Shown here in pieces: positions 22,141-33,842 of a stretch of DNA of 64,000 nt. Source of the DNA: Methanocaldococcus sp. 28A. GTDB lineage: Archaea > AGJL01 > Methanococci > Methanococcales > Methanocaldococcaceae. Below the pieces are notes generated by a model. The model was given only the letters and a program-made list of their open reading frames with translations. It did no database searches and was not told the origin of the DNA. The first letter of the stretch is position 1, and each line of letters starts with the position of its first letter. The stretch lies in assembly GCA_049852185.1 (NCBI GenBank), contig CP187540.1, one strand, 5' to 3'. A program made the translations under genes and the position numbers.

Positions 22141-23304
22141 ATGAATAGCAATGATTATGATGTTGTTATTATTGGTGGAGGTCCAATTGGCTGTATAACA
22201 GGAGAAAACATAAAAAACGGAAAAGTTTTGATTGTTGAAGAGCATCAAAGTATTGGAGTACCTTTGCAGTGTGCTGGTTTAATTAGCAAAAATGGAGTTA
22301 AAGAGCTTGGAAATCCAAAAGGAGTAGTTAATAAAATTAAAGGAGCTTACATATACTCAAAAAATAACTCAGTGAAAATTGGAAATGAAGAAATTAGAGC
22401 TTATGTTTTCGAGAGAAAAGTTATGGATAAAGATATTGCCATAAGGGCTTCAAAAAAATGTGATTTTTTGTTAAAAGCTTATGGAGAAATTGAAAAAGAT
22501 AAAGAGAGTTATAAAGTTAAAATAACTCACTTAGGAAAAGAAATGAAACTAAAACCAAAAATTATTGTGGGAGCTGATGGAGTTAAAACAATAACTGGCA
22601 AAAAATTGGGTTTAGTAAATAATAAAAATAGAGAGATTTTATCAAGCTGTCAATTTGAGATGGTAAATGCTAATATAGATGATGATTTTGTATATGTTTT
22701 TTTAGATAAAAGATATTCAAAGAGGTTTTTTACTTGGATAATCCCAATGGGAAATGATAGGGTTAGAGTAGGTTTGATAGATAAAGGCAACTGTTACAAC
22801 AAACTCATGAAATTTATAAATGAAAATGAAATAGCAAAGGAAATTTTAAAAAAAGCAACAATAACGGAATTTTCAACGGGTTCTTTACCCATAGGATATT
22901 TAGATAAAGCTTTTAAAAATAATGTTCTATTGGTTGGAGATGCCGCTTGTCATGTAAAACCTCTAAGTGGTGGGGGGTTGTATTTTGGAGCTATGGGAGG
23001 GAAAATAGCAGGAGAGATTATTAGTAAATATCTAAACGATGAAATAAATAGCTTAGAACTTTATGACAAAAGATGGAAAGAAAAATTTGGAAATGAGATA
23101 AAAAATAGCTTATTAATAAGAAAAATCTTTTTAAAGTTGGGAGATGATACCTTAGATAAATTTATCAAAAAATTATCAGAGAGTGATTTGATTGACTATA
23201 TAAATAAGCATGGAGATATCGATAAGCAGGCATATTTAGTAATGAAAGTTTTAAAATCATTAGATTTTGGATTAAGTTTAAAAATTTTAAGAGATTTATT
23301 ATGA
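22141..23304 (+). CDS. Geranylgeranyl reductase family FAD-dependent oxidoreductase
   Basis: IIGGGPIG, QCAGLIS, GADG, WIIP, VGDAA, PLSGGGL. Confidence 0.86.
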   Translation: MNSNDYDVVIIGGGPIGCITGENIKNGKVLIVEEHQSIGVPLQCAGLISKNGVKELGNPKGVVNKIKGAYIYSKNNSVKIGNEEIRAYVFERKVMDKDIAIRASKKCDFLLKAYGEIEKDKESYKVKITHLGKEMKLKPKIIVGADGVKTITGKKLGLVNNKNREILSSCQFEMVNANIDDDFVYVFLDKRYSKRFFTWIIPMGNDRVRVGLIDKGNCYNKLMKFINENEIAKEILKKATITEFSTGSLPIGYLDKAFKNNVLLVGDAACHVKPLSGGGLYFGAMGGKIAGEIISKYLNDEINSLELYDKRWKEKFGNEIKNSLLIRKIFLKLGDDTLDKFIKKLSESDLIDYINKHGDIDKQAYLVMKVLKSLDFGLSLKILRDLL

Positions 23305-23468
23305 CGGGTCTGTCCAATATAAGTCTATAAGGTATATCTATTCTATATTTTAAAATATAATTCTTCAATTTCTTTTTCTTTTTTTAATTTAAACATACTT
23401 TGACAAATTAATCAATTAATCATATAAATAACATAATAAGTAAATATTTTGGATACCATTCAAAAAAC

Positions 23469-24755
23469 TTATTCCTGCAAAAGTTCTATGTCATCATCAT
23501 TTGGAATATAATATCTTAACCTATTTCCAGCTCTTAAACCATATAATAAAGCCCTATTTGTATAGTTTAAAATTAGATGCATTAATTCATTCCCTCTGAT
23601 TCTCAAATGTCCATTAGAGCAGGTAATTTCATTAAATTCTTTAACATTATCGATTCTAACGTTTTTTCCATAAAATATTATCGGAACACTTTCACCAGAA
23701 TGAATTAAATCTCCAACAGAAGGTGTTGAGTGGTCTGCAGTTATTATAAGTAAATCATCATCATTTAACTTTAAATTTCCTATAAGTTTATCAATCTTTT
23801 CAATAACTTTTACTTTGTTTAATGGATTTTTTGTATGAGCTGCTTCATCAGTTTCTTTTGTATGCAAGTGAATGAAATCATAATTTAGCTCAGGAATTAA
23901 ATTTAGTCCTTCCTCAAAACTTTCAATCTTTATAAAATCCATCCCTAAGAATTTTGCTAATCCTTTAAATAATGAACTACTACCTAAAACTACAGCATTC
24001 ATTCCCCATCTTTCTTTAAAGCCTTCTACCTTTTTATATCTTGATGCCCATTTAGTTAATAAAAAATTAGCAGGCATTTTTTCCATTTTTCTTCTTTTTT
24101 TATTTATTTTATGATTTTGTAGGGTTTTATAAACATTTAAAAGATATTTGTTTAAAGCCCTTGCAGTGTCTTTTGCTTTGTTATATTCTACACTACTTTT
24201 GCATAACTCTTTTATTGGCTGAACTTTCATAATATATCTATTTTTATAGAATGGGTCAGAATCAGAGATTTTATCTGAAATCCATCCATTTTTTTCTTTA
24301 ATTTTTAGTATAAAATGAACATCAAAAGAATAAAATAGTTCAAACTTATATCCATCAATGCACATGGGTAAGGACTCTACTAATTTTTCAATCTCTTCTC
24401 TTCTGATATCTTTAGTTCTCCTATCTACAACTAAAAATCCTTTCTCATCCTTTTTTACAAATCCTAAAGATGCCCTCAAATATATGGCATTTTCCTCTAT
24501 TTCTATATCCTCTCCTAATGCCTCAATAACTCCTCTTCCCGGAAATTCTTCTAAGGAATAACCCCAAAGTAAAAAATGAGCTACTTCAGTTCCTAATGGA
24601 ATTCCCTCTTTATAGGTTGTCATTAAACCACACATACCATTTTCAGCCAATTTATCTAAGTTTGGAGTTTTTGCAAATTGTAATGGTGTTTTGTTATCTA
24701 ATATCTCACAACCTCTATCTCCTAAACCATCTAATAATATTAAAATAGCTCTCAT
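23469..24755 (-). CDS. ApgM-like alkaline phosphatase superfamily protein (cofactor-independent phosphoglycerate mutase paralog)
   Basis: LDGLGDR, TPNLD, LGTEVAH, GRGVIEALG, DEAAH, TADHSTP. Confidence 0.82.
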   Translation of the reverse strand: MRAILILLDGLGDRGCEILDNKTPLQFAKTPNLDKLAENGMCGLMTTYKEGIPLGTEVAHFLLWGYSLEEFPGRGVIEALGEDIEIEENAIYLRASLGFVKKDEKGFLVVDRRTKDIRREEIEKLVESLPMCIDGYKFELFYSFDVHFILKIKEKNGWISDKISDSDPFYKNRYIMKVQPIKELCKSSVEYNKAKDTARALNKYLLNVYKTLQNHKINKKRRKMEKMPANFLLTKWASRYKKVEGFKERWGMNAVVLGSSSLFKGLAKFLGMDFIKIESFEEGLNLIPELNYDFIHLHTKETDEAAHTKNPLNKVKVIEKIDKLIGNLKLNDDDLLIITADHSTPSVGDLIHSGESVPIIFYGKNVRIDNVKEFNEITCSNGHLRIRGNELMHLILNYTNRALLYGLRAGNRLRYYIPNDDDIELLQE

Positions 24756-24762
24756 TTTCTCA

Positions 24763-25593
24763 CTAAATGACATTTTTTACAACATTCTGATAATTAAAGT
24801 TTCCTTTGTATCCTTCTTTTAAAATCTCAATTGATGCGGGATATATAAATTCATTTAATAGATTTAAAATATTTTCCTTATCAAATATTACTTTTCCATC
24901 CTTATCTCTATAATTCCCACTAAAAACACATGAAAATTGCTTCTCTCCTTGCTCCCATTCATCTCCTATAATTTCTTTGATTTTCTTTCCCTCTTTTATG
25001 TATCTTATAGGCAAAATTAGTTCAACATCAAATTCTCTACAAATTTTACTATAAACCTCTAAAACTTCTTCTATTTGGTCGATTTTAAAATCTCCGTTAT
25101 GATAAACCCTCTCCCCACTGATTATTTTATTTCCCAAATGCTTTGCCAATGGGATTCTTAATATCCTCAAATATGCATGGCATCCAATACATGGGCTGTA
25201 ATAGTTATATTTTTTTGAAAGTAAAACGGCCCATCTTCCATTTAATGCATGCCAAAGTTTTGGCTCGAACATAAAATGTAATGGCAATAAAACTTTATCT
25301 CTGTCAATTTCTTTAACTCTTTTATTTGTAATTTCCCAGTTTTTGTAAAAAATGTTTATATTTCCATAATCAGTTCCTGTAAATGCAACAACAGGCAAAA
25401 CGAAATCAATACCCTCATCCATAGCTTTAATTATTGCTGCTACACTATCTCTACCTGAAAATTCTCCTATGGCAATATCTTTTAACTTTATACCATTTTC
25501 TTCAATTATTTTAAATGTTTCATCAGATAACGTTAGCTCTTTAAAAGATTTCTTAAAATCAATAAAATTTTGTAGGTCTTTATAAAATAACAT
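24763..25593 (-). CDS. Hypothetical protein with PP-loop-like motif and CxxC
   Basis: 276-aa ORF with RBS; EFSGRDSVAA, PCIGCHAY, IISGER. Confidence 0.7.
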   Translation of the reverse strand: MLFYKDLQNFIDFKKSFKELTLSDETFKIIEENGIKLKDIAIGEFSGRDSVAAIIKAMDEGIDFVLPVVAFTGTDYGNINIFYKNWEITNKRVKEIDRDKVLLPLHFMFEPKLWHALNGRWAVLLSKKYNYYSPCIGCHAYLRILRIPLAKHLGNKIISGERVYHNGDFKIDQIEEVLEVYSKICREFDVELILPIRYIKEGKKIKEIIGDEWEQGEKQFSCVFSGNYRDKDGKVIFDKENILNLLNEFIYPASIEILKEGYKGNFNYQNVVKNVI

Positions 25594-25619
25594 AACTTAT
25601 CCACCTTCAGCTATTGAAT

Positions 25620-26267
25620 TTATTTATATGTTTTTAAGTATTCTTTTATCATTTTTTCAGTATTTAAAATCTCATTAATATCCATTAATTCAATTAAAAA
25701 CATTTTACATTTAACGTCTAAGAGAGCATCTAATATTGGTTTTAAATTGTTAAGATTTTTAGGTGGCAGATGTTTTCCATTCATTTCAATCTCATAAACG
25801 TGGGAGTTGTAAATTCTATCGGAACAAATGTCTAAAAATTCTAATCGTTTGTTGTAGGGAATATGTCCAATATCAAATGTTATAAAGCAGTTAATTTCAT
25901 CAGCAATTTCAATTATATTCTTTGGATTTGATGAAAAACCTTCTCTTAAATTTTCTATGCATAATTTTACATTATTTTTTATTGCAAATTCATTAACTAT
26001 TGATAGATTTTCAATTAAAAGTTCTTTATCAATATCTTTATTTTTTCCATTATGTAGGTGGATTGTTAGATAATCTTTTCCTTTTATATTTTCAATTATA
26101 TTTTTTAAAATAAAAACACTCTCTTTTTTAATCAAATTTAAAATTGGTGCATGATAGCCCATAATATTATTTTTTTTAACTATTTTTGGATTATAATGCA
26201 ATCCCCAATCCACCAATTTATTATTAAAAGTGTATCCTTTCTTGGAGCGCATGCAAATGCCTATCAT
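25620..26267 (-). CDS. Xylose isomerase/AP endonuclease family 2 TIM-barrel protein
   Basis: YHAP, TIH, CIEN, TFDIGH, SHVYE, HLPP. Confidence 0.8.
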   Translation of the reverse strand: MIGICMRSKKGYTFNNKLVDWGLHYNPKIVKKNNIMGYHAPILNLIKKESVFILKNIIENIKGKDYLTIHLHNGKNKDIDKELLIENLSIVNEFAIKNNVKLCIENLREGFSSNPKNIIEIADEINCFITFDIGHIPYNKRLEFLDICSDRIYNSHVYEIEMNGKHLPPKNLNNLKPILDALLDVKCKMFLIELMDINEILNTEKMIKEYLKTYK

Positions 26268-26391
26268 GTTCTCACGAAAAATGTATTAACGTAATTAAGA
26301 TATATAAAATTAGATATTAACAAATCTAATATCCTATGATATAGAAACCTGGTAGTTGAAAAATAAAAAAGAAAATTAAAGGATTTTTATT

Positions 26392-27510
26392 TTAAATCAT
26401 CTCAATAAATGCCTCCAACCTTGTTTTTAACTGCTCTCTATCACTTTCAGAGTAATCAGTTTCAATTCTAATAATTGGAATGCCTTCTTCTTTTAATGCC
26501 TCTTCTACTTTAGTACCTTCTATATTAAATGTGTGACAATACTGCAAAGTGTAATAAACAACCCCGTCAACATCCAACTCTTTAACCAATCTTTTTATAT
26601 TCTCTATTCTCTCATCATTCTTAAATCTACAAGCACAAGGGATTTTGAAGTATCTTTTTGCTATATCCTCTACACTATAACCTTCAACAAAGTTTTCAAA
26701 GAATCTTGTTCCAGTACAGCTTTCTTCACCAACAACAACTCCACCAACTTCTTCAATGAGTTCAACAATTTTATTGTTTCCAGCAACCATAGGACAACCA
26801 GTTATTAGAATCCTCTTACCTTCAAATCCTTCTCCTTTTTCAACTCTCTCTTCTAACTCTTTAATTAAATCTTCTAAAACTTCTATTGTGTCATCAATAT
26901 CCAATAAGTAGGCAAATTGGAATATTTTTAAAACATCTAATCCTTTAATTGGAACTGGTTTATTTTTTCTTAATTCATAAAGCTTATAAAACAGCTCTCT
27001 AACTCTATTTACTTTATCTACAGCTTCTTTTAATTTCTCTTCAGTTATTTCATTCCCAGTTTCTTTTTCAACCAACTCTTTTAACTTTTCAACTTCATTA
27101 ATCCAGATTTTTAAAGATTCTTCATCTTTCATATGTGGAAGATGCATTATATGCATAGGAACGAGCCTTTCCATTAATTCAAACATCTTTTTCTTCCCTT
27201 CACAAGTAGTTTCACCAATAACAATATCTGATGCTTCAAAGTAAGGGCATGATTTTGCCTTCTTAAATCCATAGGATGATTTTATTAATGGGCAGAGATT
27301 TCTTGGTAAATCCTCCTCTGCTATTGGGATTGTGTCATTTTTACCTCCACATAAACCAACAGGAATTGCATTTGCTGCTAAAATTATTTCTATTGGAACA
27401 TAAGCACAGAACATTCCAAAAACTTTTCTCCCTTCTTCTTTTTGCTTGTAGAGTTGTTCTTTTCTATTAGAAAATTTTTGCATTAATTTTTCTATGGCCT
27501 TTAGTTGCAT
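26392..27510 (-). CDS. HgdB/BcrC-family Fe-S protein, probable double-cubane-cluster anaerobic reductase
   Basis: [57 protein letters not shown]. Confidence 0.8.
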   Translation of the reverse strand: MQLKAIEKLMQKFSNRKEQLYKQKEEGRKVFGMFCAYVPIEIILAANAIPVGLCGGKNDTIPIAEEDLPRNLCPLIKSSYGFKKAKSCPYFEASDIVIGETTCEGKKKMFELMERLVPMHIMHLPHMKDEESLKIWINEVEKLKELVEKETGNEITEEKLKEAVDKVNRVRELFYKLYELRKNKPVPIKGLDVLKIFQFAYLLDIDDTIEVLEDLIKELEERVEKGEGFEGKRILITGCPMVAGNNKIVELIEEVGGVVVGEESCTGTRFFENFVEGYSVEDIAKRYFKIPCACRFKNDERIENIKRLVKELDVDGVVYYTLQYCHTFNIEGTKVEEALKEEGIPIIRIETDYSESDREQLKTRLEAFIEMI

Positions 27511-27832
27511 TATATCACCAAATCTAATATCTATTTGGTTATTAGATTTTCTAATATATTGTATATATTTTGTCCAAATTTTTGAAAATTTTCACTAAAA
27601 AACTATATTACCAATATTAAAAATTTTACCTTTAATTTTTTTGATATATTAGTAGTTATTAGAAAATATGATGATATAAAATTTATATATGTAAATTAAT
27701 AATATTAAATAGTATAATATCATATATAAAATTTTCTATTTGATTTCAATAGTATTTTTTAAATATTAGTTATGTTTTAAGCAAGTATTGAAAAATGTAA
27801 TGTACATATTAATTTTTTTAATGGGTGAGAGA

Positions 27833-28252
27833 ATGGAGTGGGAGCCAAAAATTATAGGCTTTTGTTGTAACTGGTGCACATATGGAGGGGCAGATACTGC
27901 TGGAGTTGGTAGAATGCAGTATCCTCCAAGTATAAGGATAATTAGAGTGATGTGCTCTGGAAGAATTGAGCCATCTCTTGTTTTAAAGGCTTTTAAAGAG
28001 GGGGCAGATGGTGTTTTTGTTGGAGGTTGCCACTTAGGAGATTGCCACTATGATGCTGGAAACTACAAATGGCAAAGAAGAGCTATTTTCTTAAAAGAAT
28101 TACTTCCAGAGTTTGGAATTGATCCAGAGAGATTTAGATTTGAATGGATTTCAGCATCAGAGGGAGAAAAATTCCAGCAAACAATGATTGAATTCTACAA
28201 TACAATAAAATCTCTCGGTCCATTAAAATTAAATGAAAAATTAAAAGAATAG
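27833..28252 (+). CDS. vhcD: F420-non-reducing hydrogenase [2Fe-2S] subunit D, cysteine form (MvhD/VhcD)
   Basis: [34 protein letters not shown]; ATG after GGTGA. Confidence 0.92.
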   Translation: MEWEPKIIGFCCNWCTYGGADTAGVGRMQYPPSIRIIRVMCSGRIEPSLVLKAFKEGADGVFVGGCHLGDCHYDAGNYKWQRRAIFLKELLPEFGIDPERFRFEWISASEGEKFQQTMIEFYNTIKSLGPLKLNEKLKE

Positions 28253-28261
28253 GTGATTGTA

Positions 28262-29158
28262 GTGAAAATAGCAACCACTTGGCTTTGCTGTTGCTCTGGA
28301 TGTCATATAAGCTTGTTAGATTTACATGAAGAGTTTTTAAACTTGTTAGAAAATGTTGAACTCATTCATTGCCCAGTGTTAATGGATGTTAAAGAGATTC
28401 CTGATGAGATTGATATCGCATTAATTGAAGGTGGAATAAGAAACGAAGAAAACTTAGAAATTGCAAAAGAAATGAGAGAAAAGGCAAAAATAGTTATTGC
28501 TTTTGGAACTTGTGCCGTTTATGGAGGAATTCCTGGTTTAGGAAACCTATATTCAAAAGAAGAAATCTTGGAGAAGGTGTATAAAACAACTCTATCAACA
28601 AAGAATGATGAAGGCATTATCCCAAGTGAAGAAGTTCCTCAATTAACTTCAAGAGTTAAACCGCTCTCTGAAGTTATAGATGTTGATTATTTCATCCCTG
28701 GATGCCCACCAAATCCAAAAATTATAGCCAAGGTATTAAAAGCATTATTAGAAGGCAAAAAACCAGAATTGCCAAAGAAAAACTTATGTGATGAGTGTCC
28801 AAGGAAAAAGAGTAGTGATGGTGTTGTAATTGAAACAATAAAAAGAAAATATGAAGGGAAAGTAGACCCAGAGAGATGTCTTTTAGAACAGGGTTATCTC
28901 TGTTTAGGTGTTGCAACAAGAGCTGGTTGTGGAGCTATATGCCCAAAAGTTGGAGTTCCATGTAGCGGTTGTTATGGTCCAACAGATGTCGTTATTGACC
29001 AAGGGGCTAAGATGATTTCCGCCTTATGCTCAGACTTTGGAATTGATAAAGATAGAGAAACAGACCCAACCACATTGCCAAAATCAATAAAAGATAAAAT
29101 TGGTAGTTTTTACAAATTTACTCTTCCAAGTGCTTTAATTCCTGGAAGATTAAGATAA
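28262..29158 (+). CDS. vhcG: F420-non-reducing hydrogenase small subunit G
   Basis: CSGCHIS, FGTCA, PGCPP, CLLEQG, PCSGCYG. Confidence 0.92.
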   Translation: MKIATTWLCCCSGCHISLLDLHEEFLNLLENVELIHCPVLMDVKEIPDEIDIALIEGGIRNEENLEIAKEMREKAKIVIAFGTCAVYGGIPGLGNLYSKEEILEKVYKTTLSTKNDEGIIPSEEVPQLTSRVKPLSEVIDVDYFIPGCPPNPKIIAKVLKALLEGKKPELPKKNLCDECPRKKSSDGVVIETIKRKYEGKVDPERCLLEQGYLCLGVATRAGCGAICPKVGVPCSGCYGPTDVVIDQGAKMISALCSDFGIDKDRETDPTTLPKSIKDKIGSFYKFTLPSALIPGRLR

Positions 29159-29171
29159 TTTAGGTGGTAAG

Positions 29172-30590
29172 ATGGTAAAATTATCAGTTGAACCAGTAAC
29201 AAGAGTCGAAGGGCATGGAAAAATAACAATATCCTTTGATGAGAATGGGAATTTAGATAAAGTTCATTTTCATGTTGTTGAAGTAAGGGGATTTGAAAAA
29301 TTTTTGGAAGGGAGATATATAGAGGATGCACCAATCTACACTCCAAGAATATGTGGAATTTGCCAAGTAGCTCACCATTTAGCAAGTGCTAAGGCTGTTG
29401 ATGAAGTTTTTGGTGTAAAAATTCCTGAAACTGCTGAACTTTTAAGAAATTTAATGCATCAAGGGGCAACAATCCACAGTCATGCTCTACACTTTTATTT
29501 CTTAGCATCTCCTGATTTAATGTTCCCAACAACAGATGATATTTTAAAAAGGAACATCTTGACAATTGCTAAGGAAAATAAGGAAATTGTTAAAGATGCA
29601 ATAGAGTTGAGAAAAATAGGGCAGACAATTGTTAAAGTTGTTGGAGGTAGGGCAATCCACCCAGTTACAGCAGTTGTTGGAGGGCAGTCAAAGCCGTTAA
29701 AAGAAGAAGAGAGGGATGAACTATTAAAACTCTCAGAGAGAGCGATTGAACTTTCTGAAAAATCCATTGAAATTGGAAAAAAACTTATTGAGAACTTAAA
29801 AGAAAATGATTTGTTAGATATTGGATATTTTGAATCCTACCATATGGGAATGGTGAATGATGGAGTTCATGAACTCTACAATGGAAAATTGAGAGTTGTA
29901 AATGCAGAGGGAAAAGTTGAGTACGAATTTCATCCATCAGAGTACTTGAACTACATAGCTGAGGGAGTTAAACCCTACTCTTATTTAAAATTCCCATACT
30001 TAAAAGATAAAGGCCCCGAAGAGGGAATATATAGAGTAAATACCTTATCAAGAATAAATGTTGCAGATAAAATGGCAACACCATTAGCACAAAAGTATTA
30101 TGAAGAATTCATTAAAGAATTTGGAAAGCCATGCCATTATCCAATGCTCTTCCACTATGCAAGGTTAATAGAGCTTTTATCAAGTTCTGAAAAAGTAAAA
30201 GAGCTTTTAGAGAATGATAATATTGTTGATACTGACATTAGAGCAGAACCAGAGGATATTGTTGGAGAAGGTGTGGGATGTGTAGAAGCTCCAAGAGGTA
30301 CTTTAATTCACCACTTCAAGACAAATGAAGATGGAATTATAACTGATGCAAACCTAATAGTTGCAACAGTTCAAAACAACCCTGCTATGGACATTGGAGT
30401 TAGAAAAGTTGCTGAAAAATACATTGAAAGACCTGAAGATGCTACTTCCCAAGTTTTAAACTATATGGAAATGGTAATTAGAGCTTATGACCCATGCCTA
30501 TCATGTGCAACCCACATAATTGGCGGTGAAAGCAAATTATCATTAGAAATCTTCCAAGGAAGTAGATTATTAAAGAAAATAGTGGGATAA
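29172..30590 (+). CDS. vhcA: F420-non-reducing [NiFe]-hydrogenase large subunit A, unsplit cysteine form
   Basis: TRVEGHG, L1 RICGIC, EAPRG, L2 DPCLSCATH in the same chain plus cleavable C-terminal tail. Confidence 0.94.
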   Translation: MVKLSVEPVTRVEGHGKITISFDENGNLDKVHFHVVEVRGFEKFLEGRYIEDAPIYTPRICGICQVAHHLASAKAVDEVFGVKIPETAELLRNLMHQGATIHSHALHFYFLASPDLMFPTTDDILKRNILTIAKENKEIVKDAIELRKIGQTIVKVVGGRAIHPVTAVVGGQSKPLKEEERDELLKLSERAIELSEKSIEIGKKLIENLKENDLLDIGYFESYHMGMVNDGVHELYNGKLRVVNAEGKVEYEFHPSEYLNYIAEGVKPYSYLKFPYLKDKGPEEGIYRVNTLSRINVADKMATPLAQKYYEEFIKEFGKPCHYPMLFHYARLIELLSSSEKVKELLENDNIVDTDIRAEPEDIVGEGVGCVEAPRGTLIHHFKTNEDGIITDANLIVATVQNNPAMDIGVRKVAEKYIERPEDATSQVLNYMEMVIRAYDPCLSCATHIIGGESKLSLEIFQGSRLLKKIVG

Positions 30591-30591
30591 T

Positions 30592-31764
30592 ATGAATGGA
30601 GTATCAATCCAGAAAGATGCGTGTTTAGTGTGCTATGCTTGTCAGGCAGAATGTCCGACAAAAGCGATAGATATAGACACTTTTAACGTCTGTACCTTAT
30701 GCATGCAGTGCGTCAATGTATGCCCAACTGGGGCGTTAGTAGAGGAAGAGATAAAAATCAATGGAAAAACAGCAAAAAGAGTTAATTACTTAGCTCACAA
30801 GTGTGAGAAGTGTGGGGCCTGTGCAGAGGTTTGTCCAGTAGGGATTAAGAAGGTTGATGATGATTTCCCTTACTCGAAAGGACACTGTGTTCTCTGCCAA
30901 AAATGTATAGAAGTTTGTCCAATTGAAATTATCTCTCTACCAGGGATTATAGACAAACCTAAAAAAGAAGTTAAAGCTCCAAAAGAACCTATAGCGGTTA
31001 CAGACGCTTGTGTTGGTTGCGGAATCTGTGTTCCAGAGTGTCCTGTAGGTGCAATAACCCTAAAAGATAATAAGGCAGTTATTGATAAAAGCAAGTGTAT
31101 TTACTGCAGTATATGTGCTCAAACATGTCCATGGAATGCTATCTTTGTAGCAGGTAAGATACCTAAGAAGAGAAGAAAAGAAGTTAAGAAATTTGATGTT
31201 GATGCAGAAAAATGTATTTACTGCTTAAAATGTGTTGAAATCTGTCCAGGAGATATGATTAAGGTCGATAAGGAAAATATGATTGTTGTTCCACCAAAAT
31301 CATGTCCTGCTTGTAAGCTATGTGTAAATATCTGTCCAGTCGATGCTTTAGAATTGGATGTTAAATTAGCCTCTCCACATCCTATAACTGATGAAGGTTT
31401 AGTTATTGTAGAAGAGGATTTCGATGTATTGAAGAAATGTGCTTCTGTCTGTCCAACTGAAGCTATTGTTGTAGATGATAAGAAAAAAGAAGTTAGAATG
31501 TGTATTGTCTGTGGAGCTTGTACTGTAGCTTGCCCAACTGGTGCTTTAAAGTTGGGTAAGATAGAGCATAATGGTAAGGAATACAACAGAATTGAATTCA
31601 GCCCTTACCTCTGTGATAAATGCGGAAAATGTGTCGAAGTCTGCCCAATGAAAACCTTAAGATTATCAAGAGGCAAATTGCCTCTAAAAGGTTATTGCGT
31701 AATGTGCCTCCTCTGTCTCTCCTGCGCTGAAGCCGAAAAAAAGAAAGTTTTAGAGTTGAAATAA
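30592..31764 (+). CDS. vhcB: Polyferredoxin (MvhB/VhcB)
   Basis: Many CxxCxxCxxxCP motifs; position after the large subunit. Confidence 0.9.
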   Translation: MNGVSIQKDACLVCYACQAECPTKAIDIDTFNVCTLCMQCVNVCPTGALVEEEIKINGKTAKRVNYLAHKCEKCGACAEVCPVGIKKVDDDFPYSKGHCVLCQKCIEVCPIEIISLPGIIDKPKKEVKAPKEPIAVTDACVGCGICVPECPVGAITLKDNKAVIDKSKCIYCSICAQTCPWNAIFVAGKIPKKRRKEVKKFDVDAEKCIYCLKCVEICPGDMIKVDKENMIVVPPKSCPACKLCVNICPVDALELDVKLASPHPITDEGLVIVEEDFDVLKKCASVCPTEAIVVDDKKKEVRMCIVCGACTVACPTGALKLGKIEHNGKEYNRIEFSPYLCDKCGKCVEVCPMKTLRLSRGKLPLKGYCVMCLLCLSCAEAEKKKVLELK

Positions 31765-31848
31765 ATTTTTTAATATATTAAGATTCATCATTATAATTTC
31801 ATTCTTCAACCTATTAGAAAATCTAATTGCCATATTGAAGGTGGTAAT

Positions 31849-33813
31849 ATGGAAGAACCAAGAATTGGTGTTTATGTTTGCCATTGTGGGGTAAATATTG
31901 GAGGAGTAGTTGATTGCAAGGAAGTTGCTGAATTTGCCAAGACATTAAAAAATGTCGTTGTTGCGAGAGATTATAAGTATATGTGTGCAGATCCCGGGCA
32001 AGAGATGATTAAAAGAGACATTAAAGAATACAATCTAAACAGAGTTGTTGTCGCAGCTTGCTCTCCAAGGTTGCACGAACCAACATTTAGAAGATGTGTT
32101 GCTGAAGCTGGTCTCAACCCATTTTTATTTGAGTTTGCAAATATAAGGGAACATTGTTCATGGGTTCATATGCATGAAAAAGAGAAAGCTACTGAAAAAG
32201 CAAAAGATTTAGTTAGAATGGCTGTTGCAAAAGCAAGGCTGTTAGAGCCATTAGAATTTATTAAAGTTGGAGTTACAAAGAGAGCATTGGTTATTGGAGG
32301 AGGGGTAGCAGGAATTCAAGCGGCATTGGATTTGGGAGATATGGGATTTGAAACAATATTGGTTGAGAAATCTCCTTCTGTTGGAGGTAGAATGGCTCAA
32401 CTAGATAAAACTTTCCCAACAAATGATTGCTCTATCTGTATCTTAGCTCCAAAGATGGTTGATGTTGCAAAACATCCTAACATAAAACTTTATGCATACT
32501 CAGAGGTTGTAGATGTTCAAGGATACATAGGGAATTTTAAAGTTACGATTATGAAAAAGCCAAGATACATTGATGAGACAAAATGCACGGGTTGTGGACA
32601 GTGTGCAGAAGTTTGCCCAATAGAAGTGCCGAATGAATTTGATATGGGCTTAGGGATGAGAAAAGCTATCTACAAGCCATTTCCACAGGCAGTTCCATCA
32701 AAATACACAATTGACAAAGAGCACTGTATAGAATGTGGATTATGTGCTAAAGTTTGCGGTCCTAAAGCTATAAACTTTAATCAAAAACCAGAGTACATTG
32801 AGGTTGAAGTAGGTACAATAATTTGTGCTATTGGTTATGATGTATTTGACCCAACAGTTAGGGAAGAGTATGGATATGGAATTTACGATAATGTTATAAC
32901 AGCTCTTGAATTAGAAAGGATGATTAATGCTTCTGGTCCAACAGGAGGAAAGGTTATTAGGTTAAGTGATGGCAAAAAGCCAAAAAGAATTGCATTCATT
33001 CAATGTGTTGGTTCAAGAGATGCAAAAGTTGGAAACAAATACTGCTCCAATGTCTGCTGTATGTATGCAATGAAAAACTCTCAATTAATCAAAGAAAAAT
33101 CTCCAGATACTGAGATAGATATTTACTATATGGATATTAGGGCATTTAGCAAAGGATATGAAGAGTTTTACGAAAGGAGTGCAAAGCAATATGGCATTAA
33201 CTTCATAAGAGGAAGACCAGCCCAAATCTTAGAGGACCCAAAAACTAAAAATCTCATTATTAGAGCAGAAGATACTTTATTAGGAGAAATTATTGAGAAG
33301 GAGTATGATTTGGTTGTTTTATCTGTAGGAATGGTTCCAACAAAATCAGCAGATGAAATCCAAAGAATATTAGGAATTTCAAGAACTCCGGATAATTTCT
33401 TCATGGAAGCTCATCCAAAATTAAGACCAGTCGATACAGCAACGGATGGGGTTTATTTAGCCGGAGCTTGTCAAGGACCAAAGGATATTCCAGCATCAGT
33501 AGCTCAAGGTTCTGCAGCAGCTGCAAGGGCAGCAATTCCATTAGCTAAGGGAGAGGTTGAAGTTGAACCTATAGTTGCAACAGTAAATGAAGAAATCTGT
33601 GGGGGATGTGGAGTTTGTGTAAAACAATGCCCTTATGGAGCTCCAAGATTGGTTGAGAAAGATGGCAGAGTAGTTTGTGAGGTTATTGCTGCATTATGCA
33701 AAGGATGTGGTACTTGCGTTGCAGGATGTCCAAGCGGAGCTTTAGAGCAGAATCACTTCAAAACAATTCAACTGTATAAACAAATTGAAGGAGCTTTCAA
33801 AGACCCTGCCTAA
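31849..33813 (+). CDS. hdrA: Heterodisulfide reductase subunit A, cysteine form
   Basis: [51 protein letters not shown]. Confidence 0.96.
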   Translation: MEEPRIGVYVCHCGVNIGGVVDCKEVAEFAKTLKNVVVARDYKYMCADPGQEMIKRDIKEYNLNRVVVAACSPRLHEPTFRRCVAEAGLNPFLFEFANIREHCSWVHMHEKEKATEKAKDLVRMAVAKARLLEPLEFIKVGVTKRALVIGGGVAGIQAALDLGDMGFETILVEKSPSVGGRMAQLDKTFPTNDCSICILAPKMVDVAKHPNIKLYAYSEVVDVQGYIGNFKVTIMKKPRYIDETKCTGCGQCAEVCPIEVPNEFDMGLGMRKAIYKPFPQAVPSKYTIDKEHCIECGLCAKVCGPKAINFNQKPEYIEVEVGTIICAIGYDVFDPTVREEYGYGIYDNVITALELERMINASGPTGGKVIRLSDGKKPKRIAFIQCVGSRDAKVGNKYCSNVCCMYAMKNSQLIKEKSPDTEIDIYYMDIRAFSKGYEEFYERSAKQYGINFIRGRPAQILEDPKTKNLIIRAEDTLLGEIIEKEYDLVVLSVGMVPTKSADEIQRILGISRTPDNFFMEAHPKLRPVDTATDGVYLAGACQGPKDIPASVAQGSAAAARAAIPLAKGEVEVEPIVATVNEEICGGCGVCVKQCPYGAPRLVEKDGRVVCEVIAALCKGCGTCVAGCPSGALEQNHFKTIQLYKQIEGAFKDPA

Positions 33814-33842
33814 ATTTTTAAATCTTTTTAGGGGTGATAAAG

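Noticed and set aside
23305-23425. Possible decayed gene or element end after the reductase (GGGTCTGTCC..., minus-strand KEKEIEELYF)
   Set aside because: Too short and degenerate; no second copy or partner repeat in the window.
30592-31764. Higher GC in the polyferredoxin gene as evidence of horizontal transfer
   Set aside because: Largely explained by Cys/Pro/Ala/Gly-rich composition; not usable without a codon-position analysis.
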